Shown here in pieces: positions 37,212-48,026 of a stretch of 64,000 bases of DNA (positions are counted from its first letter, which is position 1; every line of letters begins with the position of its first letter). The position numbers and the translations under genes are program-made. Below the pieces are notes generated by a model. It was not told the DNA's origin. It ran no database searches and worked only from the letters and a program-made list of their open reading frames with translations. The stretch comes from Pontiella sp. (GTDB lineage Bacteria > Verrucomicrobiota > Kiritimatiellia > Kiritimatiellales > Pontiellaceae), in assembly GCA_050290185.1 (NCBI GenBank), contig JBNKHE010000004.1, forward strand, positions 160,001-224,000. The letters run 5' to 3'.

Positions 37212-38450
37212 TTAAAGCGTGAACAACGTCCGCGACATCGGCACCGTTTCCACGGCGGCCTCGATCCCGATCTCCGCCTGGCCTACCCGTTCGCCGAATG
37301 CATTGCGCAGCATGGCGAGACTGCTCTGATAGATGGTTTCATATTCCGACAGCGGGGTTTCGATATCAGTCACTAGATCGAAAGAAATACGAAACGGCGG
37401 TGCAGCCCCTTCCGCTCTCAGGTCATGCACATCCACCAATCGCGATTCGCTGGAAACATATCTCTTTAACACGTGGTTCAGCTCTTCAAAAAGCGGATGG
37501 GAACGATCCACCGGATCCGCGTGGGCCACAGCACGCCAACCCAGCTGCGTTTCCACGGCCTCTTCGGCCATTTCGGAAATCTCATGAGCGGCTACCAGGC
37601 TCATATTTGCATCCACTTCAATGTGGAATGAGACCATATGCACGTCGCCATACTGGTGTACGACAATGTCATGAGCCCCCATCACTCCCTCGACGCCTAC
37701 CACGGTTTTGTAGATCTCGCGTACGGTTTGTGGATCGGGCTTTTCACCCAGCAGCTTGTCGATGGCCTCGCGGGCGTAGGCCACCCCCGTGAAAATAATG
37801 AATATGGCAACGCCAAGAGCCATCCAGCCATCCAGCCCCCCCCATCCCATCCTTGCGCTGATCAATGCCACCACAACCATCAACGTGCAAACAATATCGA
37901 ACGTATGGTTCCACGCATCGGCCTCGAGCGTGTGCGACTTGGTCATCCTCGCCAACACCCGGGCAAAAACCGCCATCCAGCTTTTCAAAGCCACCGTAAT
38001 TCCCACGGTAATGAGAAGCCATCCCGGTGCCTCAATAGGTTTCGGATAGATCAGTCGACCAATCCCCGACTGGGCCACTTCGACGCCGACCAGGATCAAG
38101 GCGATCGACAACACCAACGTGGCAACGGCTTCAATACGCCCATGGCCGAAGGGATGTTTTTCATCACGTGGCTTCCGGGACCACTGGAACCCCAGAGCAA
38201 TCACGAGACTGCTCCCCACATCGGTAAGATTGTTCGTCGCATCGGCCAGCATCGAAACACTGCCTGAAACCAGACCCAGCCAACCCTTGGCCACGGCCAG
38301 CAACATACTCAGCACCGTGCTCGTCCATCCGGCCAGCATCCCCAGTCTGGTCCGGTTTTCGTGGCAGTCCGGAGCGGAATCCGGATCCATCACCCGGCGC
38401 AGCAACAGCTTCATTACCGGACAGGGCATCTTTGGTTTTTGAACAGTCAT
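37212..38450 (-). CDS. Cation diffusion facilitator (FieF-like) transporter
   Basis: SVSMLADA..LTD, HPFGHGRIE, ADAWNH..D; two C-terminal HD-bearing domains. Confidence 0.9.
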   Translation of the reverse strand: MTVQKPKMPCPVMKLLLRRVMDPDSAPDCHENRTRLGMLAGWTSTVLSMLLAVAKGWLGLVSGSVSMLADATNNLTDVGSSLVIALGFQWSRKPRDEKHPFGHGRIEAVATLVLSIALILVGVEVAQSGIGRLIYPKPIEAPGWLLITVGITVALKSWMAVFARVLARMTKSHTLEADAWNHTFDIVCTLMVVVALISARMGWGGLDGWMALGVAIFIIFTGVAYAREAIDKLLGEKPDPQTVREIYKTVVGVEGVMGAHDIVVHQYGDVHMVSFHIEVDANMSLVAAHEISEMAEEAVETQLGWRAVAHADPVDRSHPLFEELNHVLKRYVSSESRLVDVHDLRAEGAAPPFRISFDLVTDIETPLSEYETIYQSSLAMLRNAFGERVGQAEIGIEAAVETVPMSRTLFTL

Positions 38451-38458
38451 GATCAATG

Positions 38459-38490
38459 AAAAGGCGTTCCTGCAAATGCGGGAACGCCTT
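38459..38490 (-). terminator. Intrinsic terminator after secDF
   Basis: AAGGCGTTCCCGC-ATTT-GCAGGAACGCCTTTT on the minus strand. Confidence 0.7.
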
Positions 38491-38519
38491 GAAAGATAAA
38501 CCTTTCGAAGCCGAAAAGT

Positions 38520-41009
38520 CTACTTAACCTTCTCCTCCTTGTGCCACAGCAACACTACCGGTGTGGCAACAAAGATGGACGAATACGTCCCAACCACAAT
38601 ACCGATCAACAACGCCAGAGCGAAGTCGTAGACTGCGCCGCCGCCCAGGACCAGCAACATAACCACGGTCAGCAAAGTCGTGACGGAGGTCAGCACGGTG
38701 CGGCTGAGGGTCTGGTTGATCGACAGATTCGCGATCTCCTTGTAGGACTTGCCTTTGACCAGCTTAAGGTCCTCTCGGATTCGGTCAAACACCACAATGG
38801 TGTCGTTGACCGAATAACCTACGATCGTAAGCAAGGCTGCAATGATCGGCATGCTCAGCTCGCGACCGAATAGGCAATAGACCCCGATGGTAATCAGCAC
38901 GTCATGCGCCAAAGCCACAATCGCACCCATCGCAAAGGCAAACTCGAACCGGATCGAGATGTAGATGATGATCCCAATCAGCGCGAAGATGATGGCGGTG
39001 ATGCCCTTCTTCTTCAGTTCGGCCCCAATCTGGGAACCCACGCTGTCGTTCTTGACGTCTTCATAGTTTCCGGGCAACTGCTTAACGGCGGTCAGAGCCG
39101 GTTCTGCTTCCGCACCGGAAGCCCCCACCTTGACTTCAAGGAACTCATTGCCGTGTATGTCGGTCTGGTAAGCAATGTTGGCCGAAGCAAATCCGGCATC
39201 GCTCAATGCGCTGCGAACCACATCGGGGCCTTGCTTATCGTCAAATGTGAAGGTGATGACCGATCCACCCGTAAAGTCGACACCGAAGTTGTCATCCCCC
39301 TTCTTGATGAACCAGGCCCACGAGCAAATAATCAGCGCCAGCGACAGGAAGGCCGCAAATTTGCGTGCTCCCAGGAAATTAAAGTTGGCATTCTGGAGGA
39401 ACGGGAGCGAATTCATCTTCACCGACTTGAGAATGCCCGCATCCGCCATGGTGTTAAAGAACAGTCGGGTAATGACCAGCACAATGAACATGCTCACAAG
39501 AATACCGGCGCACAGCGTTACCGCGAAACCGCGAATCGGACCGGAACCTTTCCAGAATAGAATAATGGCCGTCAGTAAGGTGGTCACGTTCGCATCCAAA
39601 ATGGTACTGAAGGCCTTGTTGTAACCGGCGTTGATCGCACCGGATATCGACTTGCCCACTTTCCATTCTTCGCGCATGCGCTCGAAGGTTAGTACGTTCG
39701 CGTCTACCGCCATACCCACCGTCAAAACGATACCGGCAATACCGTACAAGGTCAGGGTCGGAAGGGCAACCGCCCCCCCTTCCAACGTGCCGGAAATAAC
39801 ACCCAGGAAACCGGCGGAAACCACCATACCCACCGGCAGGAGCAGTAATACAAACACCAGCGAAAGGTCGGCGATCAAGCCGGGTATCAGGTAATAGAAA
39901 AACATGAAGGCCACCACGGCAACAGCCCCCCAGATGATGGCTTGTCGACCACTGCTGATCGAATCCCGGCCCAAAGTCGGGGCAACGGTCCGTTCTTCAA
40001 CAATCTGGACACGGCCAGGCAGCGCACCTGCACGCAGGACGTTCACAATCGTGCGGGCTTCCTTAACACTGAAACCACCGGTGATCTGTGCACTTCCCCC
40101 GTAGATCGCTTCATTGATATTCGGGGATGAATACAGCGTGTTGTCGAGAATGATGGCCAATTGCCGGCCCGTGTTGGCTTCGGTCACCTGGCCAAAACTC
40201 TTCGCACCCTCTTTGTCAAACTCGAGGCCGATGTAGGGCTGGTTGAGCTGGTCGTAGCGCACAGTAGAGTTCTTGATGGAGTCGCCTCCCAGCTGCAGAC
40301 GGCGTTCAATGTACGCCGGGCGGTAGATGGTGGAACCATCCTTGTGGCGATCCTTCTGAAGCATGAAGTCGGCATATTTATCGCCAAAACTTTTCAGCTC
40401 TTCGTAGTACTCGCGGGTAAGCTCCGCATCAGACATGGCATCCTGGTCCCGTACATAAATGGGACCCTGGCCATCTTCGCCAATCAGTCTAAATCCCTTG
40501 GGAACCTGGCCGGACTGGGTGAGTTCGCGCACCCAGTCAGCACTTTCCTGGGCAACCAGTTTAAAGCTCAGCACGCCGTCGCGCATGATCTGTTCCTTGG
40601 CTTCCGCGCGGGTCTTGGCATCCGCACCCGGCAAGCGCACAACAATGCGCTTGTCGCCTTCCGGATAGATTTCCGGCTCGGTGGTGCCCAGCACGTCAAT
40701 ACGGTTCCGGATCATCTCCACCGCACTGTCCTGCACTTCCTTGATCTTTTTCTGCAGGGCGGATTCGGGAATCTCGTCGACCGATTTAAATTCGTCATCG
40801 GCCTCGACCATCTTCTGTTTGACGTCTTCGACATCAACTTCCACGACAAAGCTCGATCCGCCCTTGAGATCGAGACCCAGTTTAACCTTGCCGCGCTTAA
40901 CCACGTGGCCCTGATCATCCTTGACATCGAACGGCGGCGTTACCAGTGCGAGAGAGGCAAGAATCAGGAAGCCGAGCAGCAACCATTTCCAAAGCTTGTT
41001 CTTATCCAT
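38520..41009 (-). CDS. secDF: Protein translocase SecDF fusion
   Basis: LGLDLKGG, GMAVDANV, ILDANVTT, GVDFTGG, GYSVNDTIVVFDRIRE, GTYSSIF. Confidence 0.96.
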   Translation of the reverse strand: MDKNKLWKWLLLGFLILASLALVTPPFDVKDDQGHVVKRGKVKLGLDLKGGSSFVVEVDVEDVKQKMVEADDEFKSVDEIPESALQKKIKEVQDSAVEMIRNRIDVLGTTEPEIYPEGDKRIVVRLPGADAKTRAEAKEQIMRDGVLSFKLVAQESADWVRELTQSGQVPKGFRLIGEDGQGPIYVRDQDAMSDAELTREYYEELKSFGDKYADFMLQKDRHKDGSTIYRPAYIERRLQLGGDSIKNSTVRYDQLNQPYIGLEFDKEGAKSFGQVTEANTGRQLAIILDNTLYSSPNINEAIYGGSAQITGGFSVKEARTIVNVLRAGALPGRVQIVEERTVAPTLGRDSISSGRQAIIWGAVAVVAFMFFYYLIPGLIADLSLVFVLLLLPVGMVVSAGFLGVISGTLEGGAVALPTLTLYGIAGIVLTVGMAVDANVLTFERMREEWKVGKSISGAINAGYNKAFSTILDANVTTLLTAIILFWKGSGPIRGFAVTLCAGILVSMFIVLVITRLFFNTMADAGILKSVKMNSLPFLQNANFNFLGARKFAAFLSLALIICSWAWFIKKGDDNFGVDFTGGSVITFTFDDKQGPDVVRSALSDAGFASANIAYQTDIHGNEFLEVKVGASGAEAEPALTAVKQLPGNYEDVKNDSVGSQIGAELKKKGITAIIFALIGIIIYISIRFEFAFAMGAIVALAHDVLITIGVYCLFGRELSMPIIAALLTIVGYSVNDTIVVFDRIREDLKLVKGKSYKEIANLSINQTLSRTVLTSVTTLLTVVMLLVLGGGAVYDFALALLIGIVVGTYSSIFVATPVVLLWHKEEKVK

Positions 41010-41023
41010 TGATAGCTACCTTT

Positions 41024-41374
41024 CTAGTTGGTCGATTCAATTTCCGAGGGTGTTTCATCCCTTTCCAAAATCTGGGAAATCGCGGCACGAACCACTTCGA
41101 TCTTGGTATTTTCGGCAATGCGGACGATCAGGGTGTTTTCCTTAACCTCCGTGATCTGGCCGATGATGCCGCTGGTCAGCAGTACACGGGCGCCGCTCTT
41201 GACACTGGCAATCATTTCCTTGCGCTCTTTTTCGCGGCGCTTCTGCGGGCGGATCATCACGAAATACATAATGGCGAAAATAATCGCCATCATGCCCAGC
41301 ATCCCGAATGGCGATTGCTGCTGGCCGGCGGCGGCCGGTGCGGCCTCTGCAATGGTAAGTGGTAACAGGTACAT
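41024..41374 (-). CDS. yajC: Preprotein translocase subunit YajC
   Basis: MYFVMIRPQKRR, GIIG; tgt-yajC-secD synteny. Confidence 0.95.
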   Translation of the reverse strand: MYLLPLTIAEAAPAAAGQQQSPFGMLGMMAIIFAIMYFVMIRPQKRREKERKEMIASVKSGARVLLTSGIIGQITEVKENTLIVRIAENTKIEVVRAAISQILERDETPSEIESTN

Positions 41375-42532
41375 CTAGTTGTTCTCCTTCACGTTTAACG
41401 TATGGTCCTCACATATCATGCGATAACCGGCATGGAACGCTGCACGAAATGCATCGAACGTTCCCTCCTCTATCGACTTCCTCATATCCCTCATAAATTC
41501 AAGGTAGCAATGCAGGTTGTGCATCGTTACCAATCGCAATCCAAGGATCTCGCCCACATTGATCAGGTGGCGCACGTAGGCCCGCGTAAAATTCCGGCAC
41601 GCGTAGCAACTGCATCCTTCCTCCAATGGACGGACATCTTCCTTATATATCGCCGCCTTCACAGGGTAGCGTCCGCGCCGTGTGGACACCGTCCCATTGC
41701 GCGCCTGCCGCGTTGGAATCACACAGTCGAACATATCGACCCCGCGCGCAACCGACTCCACCATCTGGGCCATTTCTCCAACGCCCATCAGGTAGCGCGG
41801 CTTCTCCTCCGGCAGATGGTGAACCGTATCGTCCACGCCCCGCAGAATCAGCTCATCGGGCTCCCCAACACTCACACCGCCAATGGCATAGCCGTCGAAG
41901 TCCATATCGACCAGTGCCTTGGCACACTCCTCGCGCAAATCCGAAAACACACTGCCCTGCGCAATACCAAAGAACAATTGACCTTCCGCACGGGGCGCTT
42001 CCCTGCAAATAGCCGCCCAATCTAGGGTTCGGCGCACGGCTTTGCAAGCGTAATCCTTGTCGCACGGGTACGGAGGGCATTCGTCGAAAACCATGGCAAT
42101 ATCGGACCCCAGCTTTCGCTGGATCTCCATCGATTCCTTCGGGCCAATAAAATGTTTCCGTCCGTCGGAATGCGATTGGAATGATACACCGTCGTCGGTG
42201 ATCTTGTTCATGCTGCCGAGACTGAAGACCTGGTAGCCGCCGCTGTCGGTCAGGATGGCCCGATCCCAGCCCATGAATTGGTGCAGGCCGCCCATGCGCT
42301 CCACCAAATCCGGGCCCGGGCGATCGTTCAGGTGATAGGTGTTGCCCAACAGGATTTCGCAATCCATTTCGTGCATCTCACGCGGCGTCATGCATTTGAC
42401 TGTCGCCTGCGTGCCCACCGGCATGAACACCGGCGTCTCCACCGTGCCATGCGCCGTATGCAACCGCCCCCGCCGAGCCTGACTGGAGGGGTCTGTTCCC
42501 AATAATTCAAATTTACCAATATCTGTTTTCAA
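41375..42532 (-). CDS. tgt: tRNA-guanine transglycosylase
   Basis: TPVFMPVGT, NTYHL, TDSGGYQVFS, PRYLMGVG, DMFDCV, CSCYAC. Confidence 0.97.
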   Translation of the reverse strand: MKTDIGKFELLGTDPSSQARRGRLHTAHGTVETPVFMPVGTQATVKCMTPREMHEMDCEILLGNTYHLNDRPGPDLVERMGGLHQFMGWDRAILTDSGGYQVFSLGSMNKITDDGVSFQSHSDGRKHFIGPKESMEIQRKLGSDIAMVFDECPPYPCDKDYACKAVRRTLDWAAICREAPRAEGQLFFGIAQGSVFSDLREECAKALVDMDFDGYAIGGVSVGEPDELILRGVDDTVHHLPEEKPRYLMGVGEMAQMVESVARGVDMFDCVIPTRQARNGTVSTRRGRYPVKAAIYKEDVRPLEEGCSCYACRNFTRAYVRHLINVGEILGLRLVTMHNLHCYLEFMRDMRKSIEEGTFDAFRAAFHAGYRMICEDHTLNVKENN

Positions 42533-42622
42533 ATCTAATCTTTCATCTTTGTTTCAAAGAGGGGGAGATGGGATGAATGGGTGACGGGGTGCGGCCTCTC
42601 CCCTCGTCCCCGCGCCAGCTGC

Positions 42623-43339
42623 TCAGCTGACGTCCTCATAAAACTTCGCAAACGAGGTCTGCATATAGGGGATCAGCCAAAGATATCCAAGACCGCATGG
42701 AATGGCCGCCAAGATCGACCATCCTATGAATCGCAGGTTCAGGCAGAAAAACTTCCACTTATTTCCCGCCATCATTTCCTTACTGCGACTGATGGCTTCC
42801 AGCGGACCGCAATCTTCGTCATCGGCAATGATGTAATAGGCCATGACATAGCGGTAGGCCGCAATAATACCGGGAACCACCAGCAACAGCGACCACAGGG
42901 CCACAAGCAGCCCGTATAGGAAATAGACCCCCAGCGACTTCCAGAACCGACGAAAACCGATAAACAGCTTTTCCAACCGGGCCTCGCCTTCCTGCGAAAT
43001 TCCCAGATAAAATGCCGCGAAACCCACGGCGAAAGCCCCTGAAACCAGAAACTGGGCGGCTACAATAACGGGATTCAGGAAAACGAGTTTCGCGAGAAAA
43101 TCCGTTTCATTCGTAGAGGTCGTCACGCCCACGAAGAACAAAACAGACATGACAAACACAAAAAAGCTCGTTGCCAGCACGACATACAGAATCCACCCTG
43201 CGATAGCCATGCCCCAGTTGCCAGACAGCACCCTCCGGGCATCGGCCATCAGCTCCCTGTTGGACGAGTCACCAACCGCACCGTCGAGACTCGGCATCGT
43301 CAGTTTGCCCCCGTCCGCCAAATCAGTCAAACCCGCCAT
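42623..43339 (-). CDS. DUF975-family membrane protein
   Basis: LSGNWG, LWSLLLVVPGIIAAYRY, AISRSKEMMAGNKWKFF, WLIPY. Confidence 0.85.
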   Translation of the reverse strand: MAGLTDLADGGKLTMPSLDGAVGDSSNRELMADARRVLSGNWGMAIAGWILYVVLATSFFVFVMSVLFFVGVTTSTNETDFLAKLVFLNPVIVAAQFLVSGAFAVGFAAFYLGISQEGEARLEKLFIGFRRFWKSLGVYFLYGLLVALWSLLLVVPGIIAAYRYVMAYYIIADDEDCGPLEAISRSKEMMAGNKWKFFCLNLRFIGWSILAAIPCGLGYLWLIPYMQTSFAKFYEDVS

Positions 43340-43758
43340 AAAATCCCTCGTTAAAGAATTAGGGAGGGATATTGCCCAAATCAGTCCATCAAACCAAGCT
43401 GTAATCATGAGAGGGTTATAATTCCTCACAATTAGTTTAATAAGCGGTATAGCGATGGGGTTTTGAGATTCGAGGGCGGTTTTGATGAAGAAGAAGGGCA
43501 CTCGATTGAGTGTTATTTGGCTGGATGGAAATTTGGATTATCCATTTCCCATCACTCCGTGCGAATGGTTTCTACCGTGCCGGTCATATTTTCCAGGCTG
43601 GCGGATGCGAATGCCCGGCCAGCGCCGTTGTATGTTTTGATCTCCCCGAATAAAAAACAGCAAACTATTAATCTTTTTTCCAGACATCATCCAACAATGC
43701 ACCTATAAGAACTCAAGTTTTCCTAATCAATAGCGTTTTTTGAAAAAAGGTCTTCTCC

Positions 43759-46700
43759 ATGAGCAATTTGATTCAAGAACCGTCCCCTGATGGCCACAGT
43801 GTGCATTTTCGCGGCGACTCGGTTACGTTCACCCTCGACAACCATACGGGCCGCACGGGGAAAGCGTGGCTGCGAGCCAACATCGGACATGCAGGCGTGC
43901 GGCATGCAGAGATCATCACCCATGCCGAGCAGGGCCTTCCGCCGCTTGAACGCGACTGGCACGATTTCCCGATGACACCTGAGGGGAAAAGCCGGTTCAC
44001 CCTTTCCCTTCCCCTGCTCGAAGTAGGACGCTTTGCGGCCAAGGCCTACTTCGTTGAAGACGGCACCGACACAATTCTTTGGCCCGAAGGCGGCAACTCC
44101 GTCCTCAAGGTCGAGCCCGCCGAAACCTGTGCCGGCAATACCATGTACACCGCTTTTGTCCGCCAGTTTGGCAGGAACAAATCCGAGGGCGCTGTCGCTC
44201 CACAGGAAGAGGCCGCGGTCCGGCAGCTTGACGAGGCCGGCTATGCCGTCCTTCCCCGCTCCGGAAAGTTCCGCGACCTGATCAAGGAACTCGATTTCAT
44301 CGTCGGTACGCTGCGCTGCAAGATCGTTCAGTTGCTGCCGATCCACCCCACCCCGACCACCTACGCGCGCATGGGCCGGTTTGGAAGCCCGTTTGCCGTC
44401 ATGGATTTGCTCGATGTTGATCCCGCACTTGCCGAATTCGACCAGCACACCACCCCGCTTGACCAGTTTCAGGAACTGGTCGACGAAGTCCATAAGCGCA
44501 ACGCGAGAATCTACCTGGACATGCCGATCAACCACACCGGATGGGCTTCGCACCTGCAGGTCACCCATCCCGAATGGTTCCACCACAATGAGGATGGATC
44601 GTTCATGTCGCCCGGCGCATGGGGCACGGTATGGGAGGATCTTTCCAAACTGGATTATTCCCAAAAAGGCCTTTGGCACTACATGGCCGATGTATTCCTC
44701 TTCTGGTGCCGCAAGGGGATCGATGGTTTCCGCTGCGATGCCGGCTACAAGGTTCCGTTCGAAGCGTGGGAATACATCATTGCCAAGGTGCGCACGGAAT
44801 ATCCCGATACCATTTTCATGCTTGAAGGACTTGGTGGCTACAAGCACGTAACCGAGCATCTTCTGGCCGACTCCGGAATGAACTGGGCCTACTCCGAAAT
44901 CTTCCAGAACTATGATCAGGGACAGATTGAAGGCTACCTGCCTGAATCGATCAGGGTCTCGGAATCCAAGGGCAACCTGATCCACTTCTGTGAAACGCAT
45001 GACAACGCCCGGCTCGCCGCCACCTCCCAGGCCTTCGCCCGGTTGCGCGCCGCCTTCTGCGCCCTGTCAACGCACAACGGTGCATTCGGCTTCGCCAACG
45101 GCGTCGAGTGGTTTGCCGAAGAGCAGATCAACGTCCACAATGCCCACTCCATAAATTGGGGCGCTGAGACCAACATGATCGACTGGCTTCGCCGCCTCCA
45201 TGCCATCATGGAAACGCACCCGTCGTTCCACGCCGGCGCCAAGGTGGAAATCATTACCAACGGAAACCACAACTCGGCAGCCATCCTGCGCACCGACGCC
45301 AGTGGACAGCACCGGCTGCTGGTGCTCGCCAACCTGAACCACGAACAGGGTGGCGTCGTTAACTGGCACGGAGATTTCTCTTCCTATACGACCAATCTTC
45401 TTTCCGCGGATAATGCCGTCCAGCATGAAAACGGAACCTGCCCGCTGAAAGCCGGCGAGGTGATATGCCTGACCAACGACCGTAAATGGGCGGAGCAGGT
45501 CTCGGATGTTTTGAACTCAACGTACCGTGGTACGGCTATAAGCGAAGAACAATGTCTGCGAGCCAAGGCAATGGATATCTTCGCGCACTTTGATGCCCTG
45601 GACCGGTTCGATCTGGACCGGCTGATGGAAAATCCCAAACAGCTGTGCGAAGAGCTGGCGGGTGATGCGCCGGTGGTTACAACATGGCAGTGGCCCCGCG
45701 ACGCACACCGCACGGTCATGCTGCCGCCCGCTCACTTTCTCCTCGTTCAGGCCCATGACGATTTCATTGCCGAACTGAAAGACGCGACCGGAAAAACGCT
45801 GGCTCACGAAAAATCGCTCCTCCGGAAAAACGGCAGTTTCTTTGTGCTCTTCCAGCCCCTTGACACCCCGGACAGCCACCAAAGCCTAACGCTGAAACTG
45901 ACCGTCTATGAGTCGGATGAAATCAAACATAAAGAAGCTCCGGTCATGCAGTTGTGCGGTTCCGCTCATGCCAAAGTGATCACCACCTGCCGCGCGGGCG
46001 AGGTTCATGATCGCAACCGCTATGCCGCATGCACCAACCACCACGGTGCACTGGCCCAGGTGCGCATTGGCTGGGCCGAGCTGCGTAGCAAGTATGACGG
46101 CCTGCTCTCCGCCAATCTGCATCCGGATGTTCCGGTAGACCGCCACACCATGTTTACCCGCTGCCGTGCGTGGATTGTCCGGAAGGGGTATTCCTACGAG
46201 CTTTCACTGCCTTGTCAGAAGCGTTTCACCGTGGCCGACGACGGAACCGTGATCTGGAATTTCGCCGTGCCGGTTGGAGAAGGATTGCTCATCCCCCTGA
46301 AGGTTGCATTTCAGATGCATCCCGATACCAATGCCGTGCGCCTGGTTTTTATCCGGGAAGAAGCAGGCAACGATCCTGAACACCTCCGGAACGATGAGCC
46401 GGTTTCGCTCATCCTCCGCCCCGACATCGAGGACCGGTGCAACCATGAAGTCACCAAGGCGTTCGCCGGGCCGGAAGCCCACTGGCCGCAGGCGGTGAAG
46501 GCAGCCGGCAGCAGCTTCACCTTCGCACCGGCCAGCGACCGGAAACTGAAAATAAGCGTCAAAAACGGAACGTTCCATTCCGAGCCGGAGTGGTATTACA
46601 TGATCGAACATCCGGTCGATCAGGAACGGGGCATCGATGGATCTTCAGACCTCTTCAGCCCGGGCTATTTCAAAGTCGATCTTGCCGGAGACAGCCGCAC

Positions 46701-47964
46701 GGATCTCGTGGCCTCCATCAACGACAAACCCACCTTTGCGAAGCTCTCCCTGAAGACCTGTTCCCCCTCCCTTTCCATTGAAGAAGCCATGCGGATGGCG
46801 ATGAGCCCCTTCATCGTCAAGCGCGATGCATTCCAGACCGTTATCGCAGGCTACCCGTGGTTCCTGGACTGGGGACGCGATACACTGATCTGCCTGCGCG
46901 GCATCATTGCCGGCGGCCTGCTGGACGAAGCGAAGAACATTCTACTCCAGTTCGCCAAGTTCGAAAAGAGCGGAACCATTCCCAACATGATCCGTGGCAA
47001 CGACGACAACAACCGCGAAACATCCGACGCCCCCCTCTGGTTTTTCGTGGCGTGCAACGAACTGATGCGGGCTCAGGGCAATAAAAACCTGCTCAAAGAA
47101 AAATGCGGCGAACGCACGCTCAAACAGGTGCTGGTCTCTTTGGCCAACGGACTGATCAACGGAACCGAAAACGGGATCACCTTCGATCAGGATTCCGGAT
47201 TGATCTTCAGTCCTTCGCATTTTACCTGGATGGATACCAACTATCCAGCCGGAACGCCGCGGCAGGGCTATCCTATCGAAATCCAGGCGTTGTGGCATTA
47301 CGCCCTCAACATGCTGGCCCAAATCGACAAAACCGGCGATTGGAGTACCCTCGCCCAACAGGCTCAACGGTCGATCAGCGAACTGTTTGTCATCCATGCC
47401 GACGACTTTACCTACCTGGCCGACTGTCTTGCGGCAGATGCGGGAACCTGCGCCCGGAATGCCGAGGTTGACGATGCCCTGCGCTCGAACCAGCTGCTTG
47501 CCGTTACGCTGGGCGCGCTGAAGGATCCCGCCCTCTGCAAAAACATCGTCGAAGCCTGCGAACAGCTGCTGATTCCCGGGGGGTTGCGCAGTTTGGCCGA
47601 TCGGCCGGTGAGCCATCCGGCGGCGGTCTATCACGATGGCCAGTTGCTCAACGATCCCAATAATCCCTACTGGGGACACTATAACGGCGACGAAGACACC
47701 CGCCGGAAACCCGCCTACCACAATGGAACGGCGTGGACATGGCCCTTTCCCTCTTATGCCGAAGCGCTTGTGATGGTTTACGGAGAAGCCGCTCACGATT
47801 CCGCGCGGGCGATTCTAGGCAGTTCCTCGGCAGTCATCAACCACGGTTGCCTGCGACAAGTTCCGGAAGTCATCGACGGCAACACGCCGCACATCCAGCG
47901 CGGGTGCGGTGCCCAGGCCTGGGGTGTCACGGAACTTTACCGCGTCATGCACCAGCTAAACTAA
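43759..47964 (+). CDS. Bifunctional glycogen debranching enzyme (GH13 domain + amylo-alpha-1,6-glucosidase GH133)
   Basis: GH13: FRCDAG, LEGLG, ETHDN; GH133: AGYPWFLDWGRDTLI, TWMD, AYHNGTAW, PEVIDG..QAW. Confidence 0.9.
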   Translation: MSNLIQEPSPDGHSVHFRGDSVTFTLDNHTGRTGKAWLRANIGHAGVRHAEIITHAEQGLPPLERDWHDFPMTPEGKSRFTLSLPLLEVGRFAAKAYFVEDGTDTILWPEGGNSVLKVEPAETCAGNTMYTAFVRQFGRNKSEGAVAPQEEAAVRQLDEAGYAVLPRSGKFRDLIKELDFIVGTLRCKIVQLLPIHPTPTTYARMGRFGSPFAVMDLLDVDPALAEFDQHTTPLDQFQELVDEVHKRNARIYLDMPINHTGWASHLQVTHPEWFHHNEDGSFMSPGAWGTVWEDLSKLDYSQKGLWHYMADVFLFWCRKGIDGFRCDAGYKVPFEAWEYIIAKVRTEYPDTIFMLEGLGGYKHVTEHLLADSGMNWAYSEIFQNYDQGQIEGYLPESIRVSESKGNLIHFCETHDNARLAATSQAFARLRAAFCALSTHNGAFGFANGVEWFAEEQINVHNAHSINWGAETNMIDWLRRLHAIMETHPSFHAGAKVEIITNGNHNSAAILRTDASGQHRLLVLANLNHEQGGVVNWHGDFSSYTTNLLSADNAVQHENGTCPLKAGEVICLTNDRKWAEQVSDVLNSTYRGTAISEEQCLRAKAMDIFAHFDALDRFDLDRLMENPKQLCEELAGDAPVVTTWQWPRDAHRTVMLPPAHFLLVQAHDDFIAELKDATGKTLAHEKSLLRKNGSFFVLFQPLDTPDSHQSLTLKLTVYESDEIKHKEAPVMQLCGSAHAKVITTCRAGEVHDRNRYAACTNHHGALAQVRIGWAELRSKYDGLLSANLHPDVPVDRHTMFTRCRAWIVRKGYSYELSLPCQKRFTVADDGTVIWNFAVPVGEGLLIPLKVAFQMHPDTNAVRLVFIREEAGNDPEHLRNDEPVSLILRPDIEDRCNHEVTKAFAGPEAHWPQAVKAAGSSFTFAPASDRKLKISVKNGTFHSEPEWYYMIEHPVDQERGIDGSSDLFSPGYFKVDLAGDSRTDLVASINDKPTFAKLSLKTCSPSLSIEEAMRMAMSPFIVKRDAFQTVIAGYPWFLDWGRDTLICLRGIIAGGLLDEAKNILLQFAKFEKSGTIPNMIRGNDDNNRETSDAPLWFFVACNELMRAQGNKNLLKEKCGERTLKQVLVSLANGLINGTENGITFDQDSGLIFSPSHFTWMDTNYPAGTPRQGYPIEIQALWHYALNMLAQIDKTGDWSTLAQQAQRSISELFVIHADDFTYLADCLAADAGTCARNAEVDDALRSNQLLAVTLGALKDPALCKNIVEACEQLLIPGGLRSLADRPVSHPAAVYHDGQLLNDPNNPYWGHYNGDEDTRRKPAYHNGTAWTWPFPSYAEALVMVYGEAAHDSARAILGSSSAVINHGCLRQVPEVIDGNTPHIQRGCGAQAWGVTELYRVMHQLN

Positions 47965-48026
47965 GTAAAAGCTTGAAAACCGCTTGGGCGGCTGATTTCA
48001 TGACGGAAGGAAAAAGAGGATATTCT

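Noticed and set aside
42533..42622. Possible preQ1 riboswitch upstream of tgt
   Set aside because: Only a GAGGGGAGA/TCTCCCCCTC stem; the preQ1 loop consensus and pseudoknot tail are not recognisable
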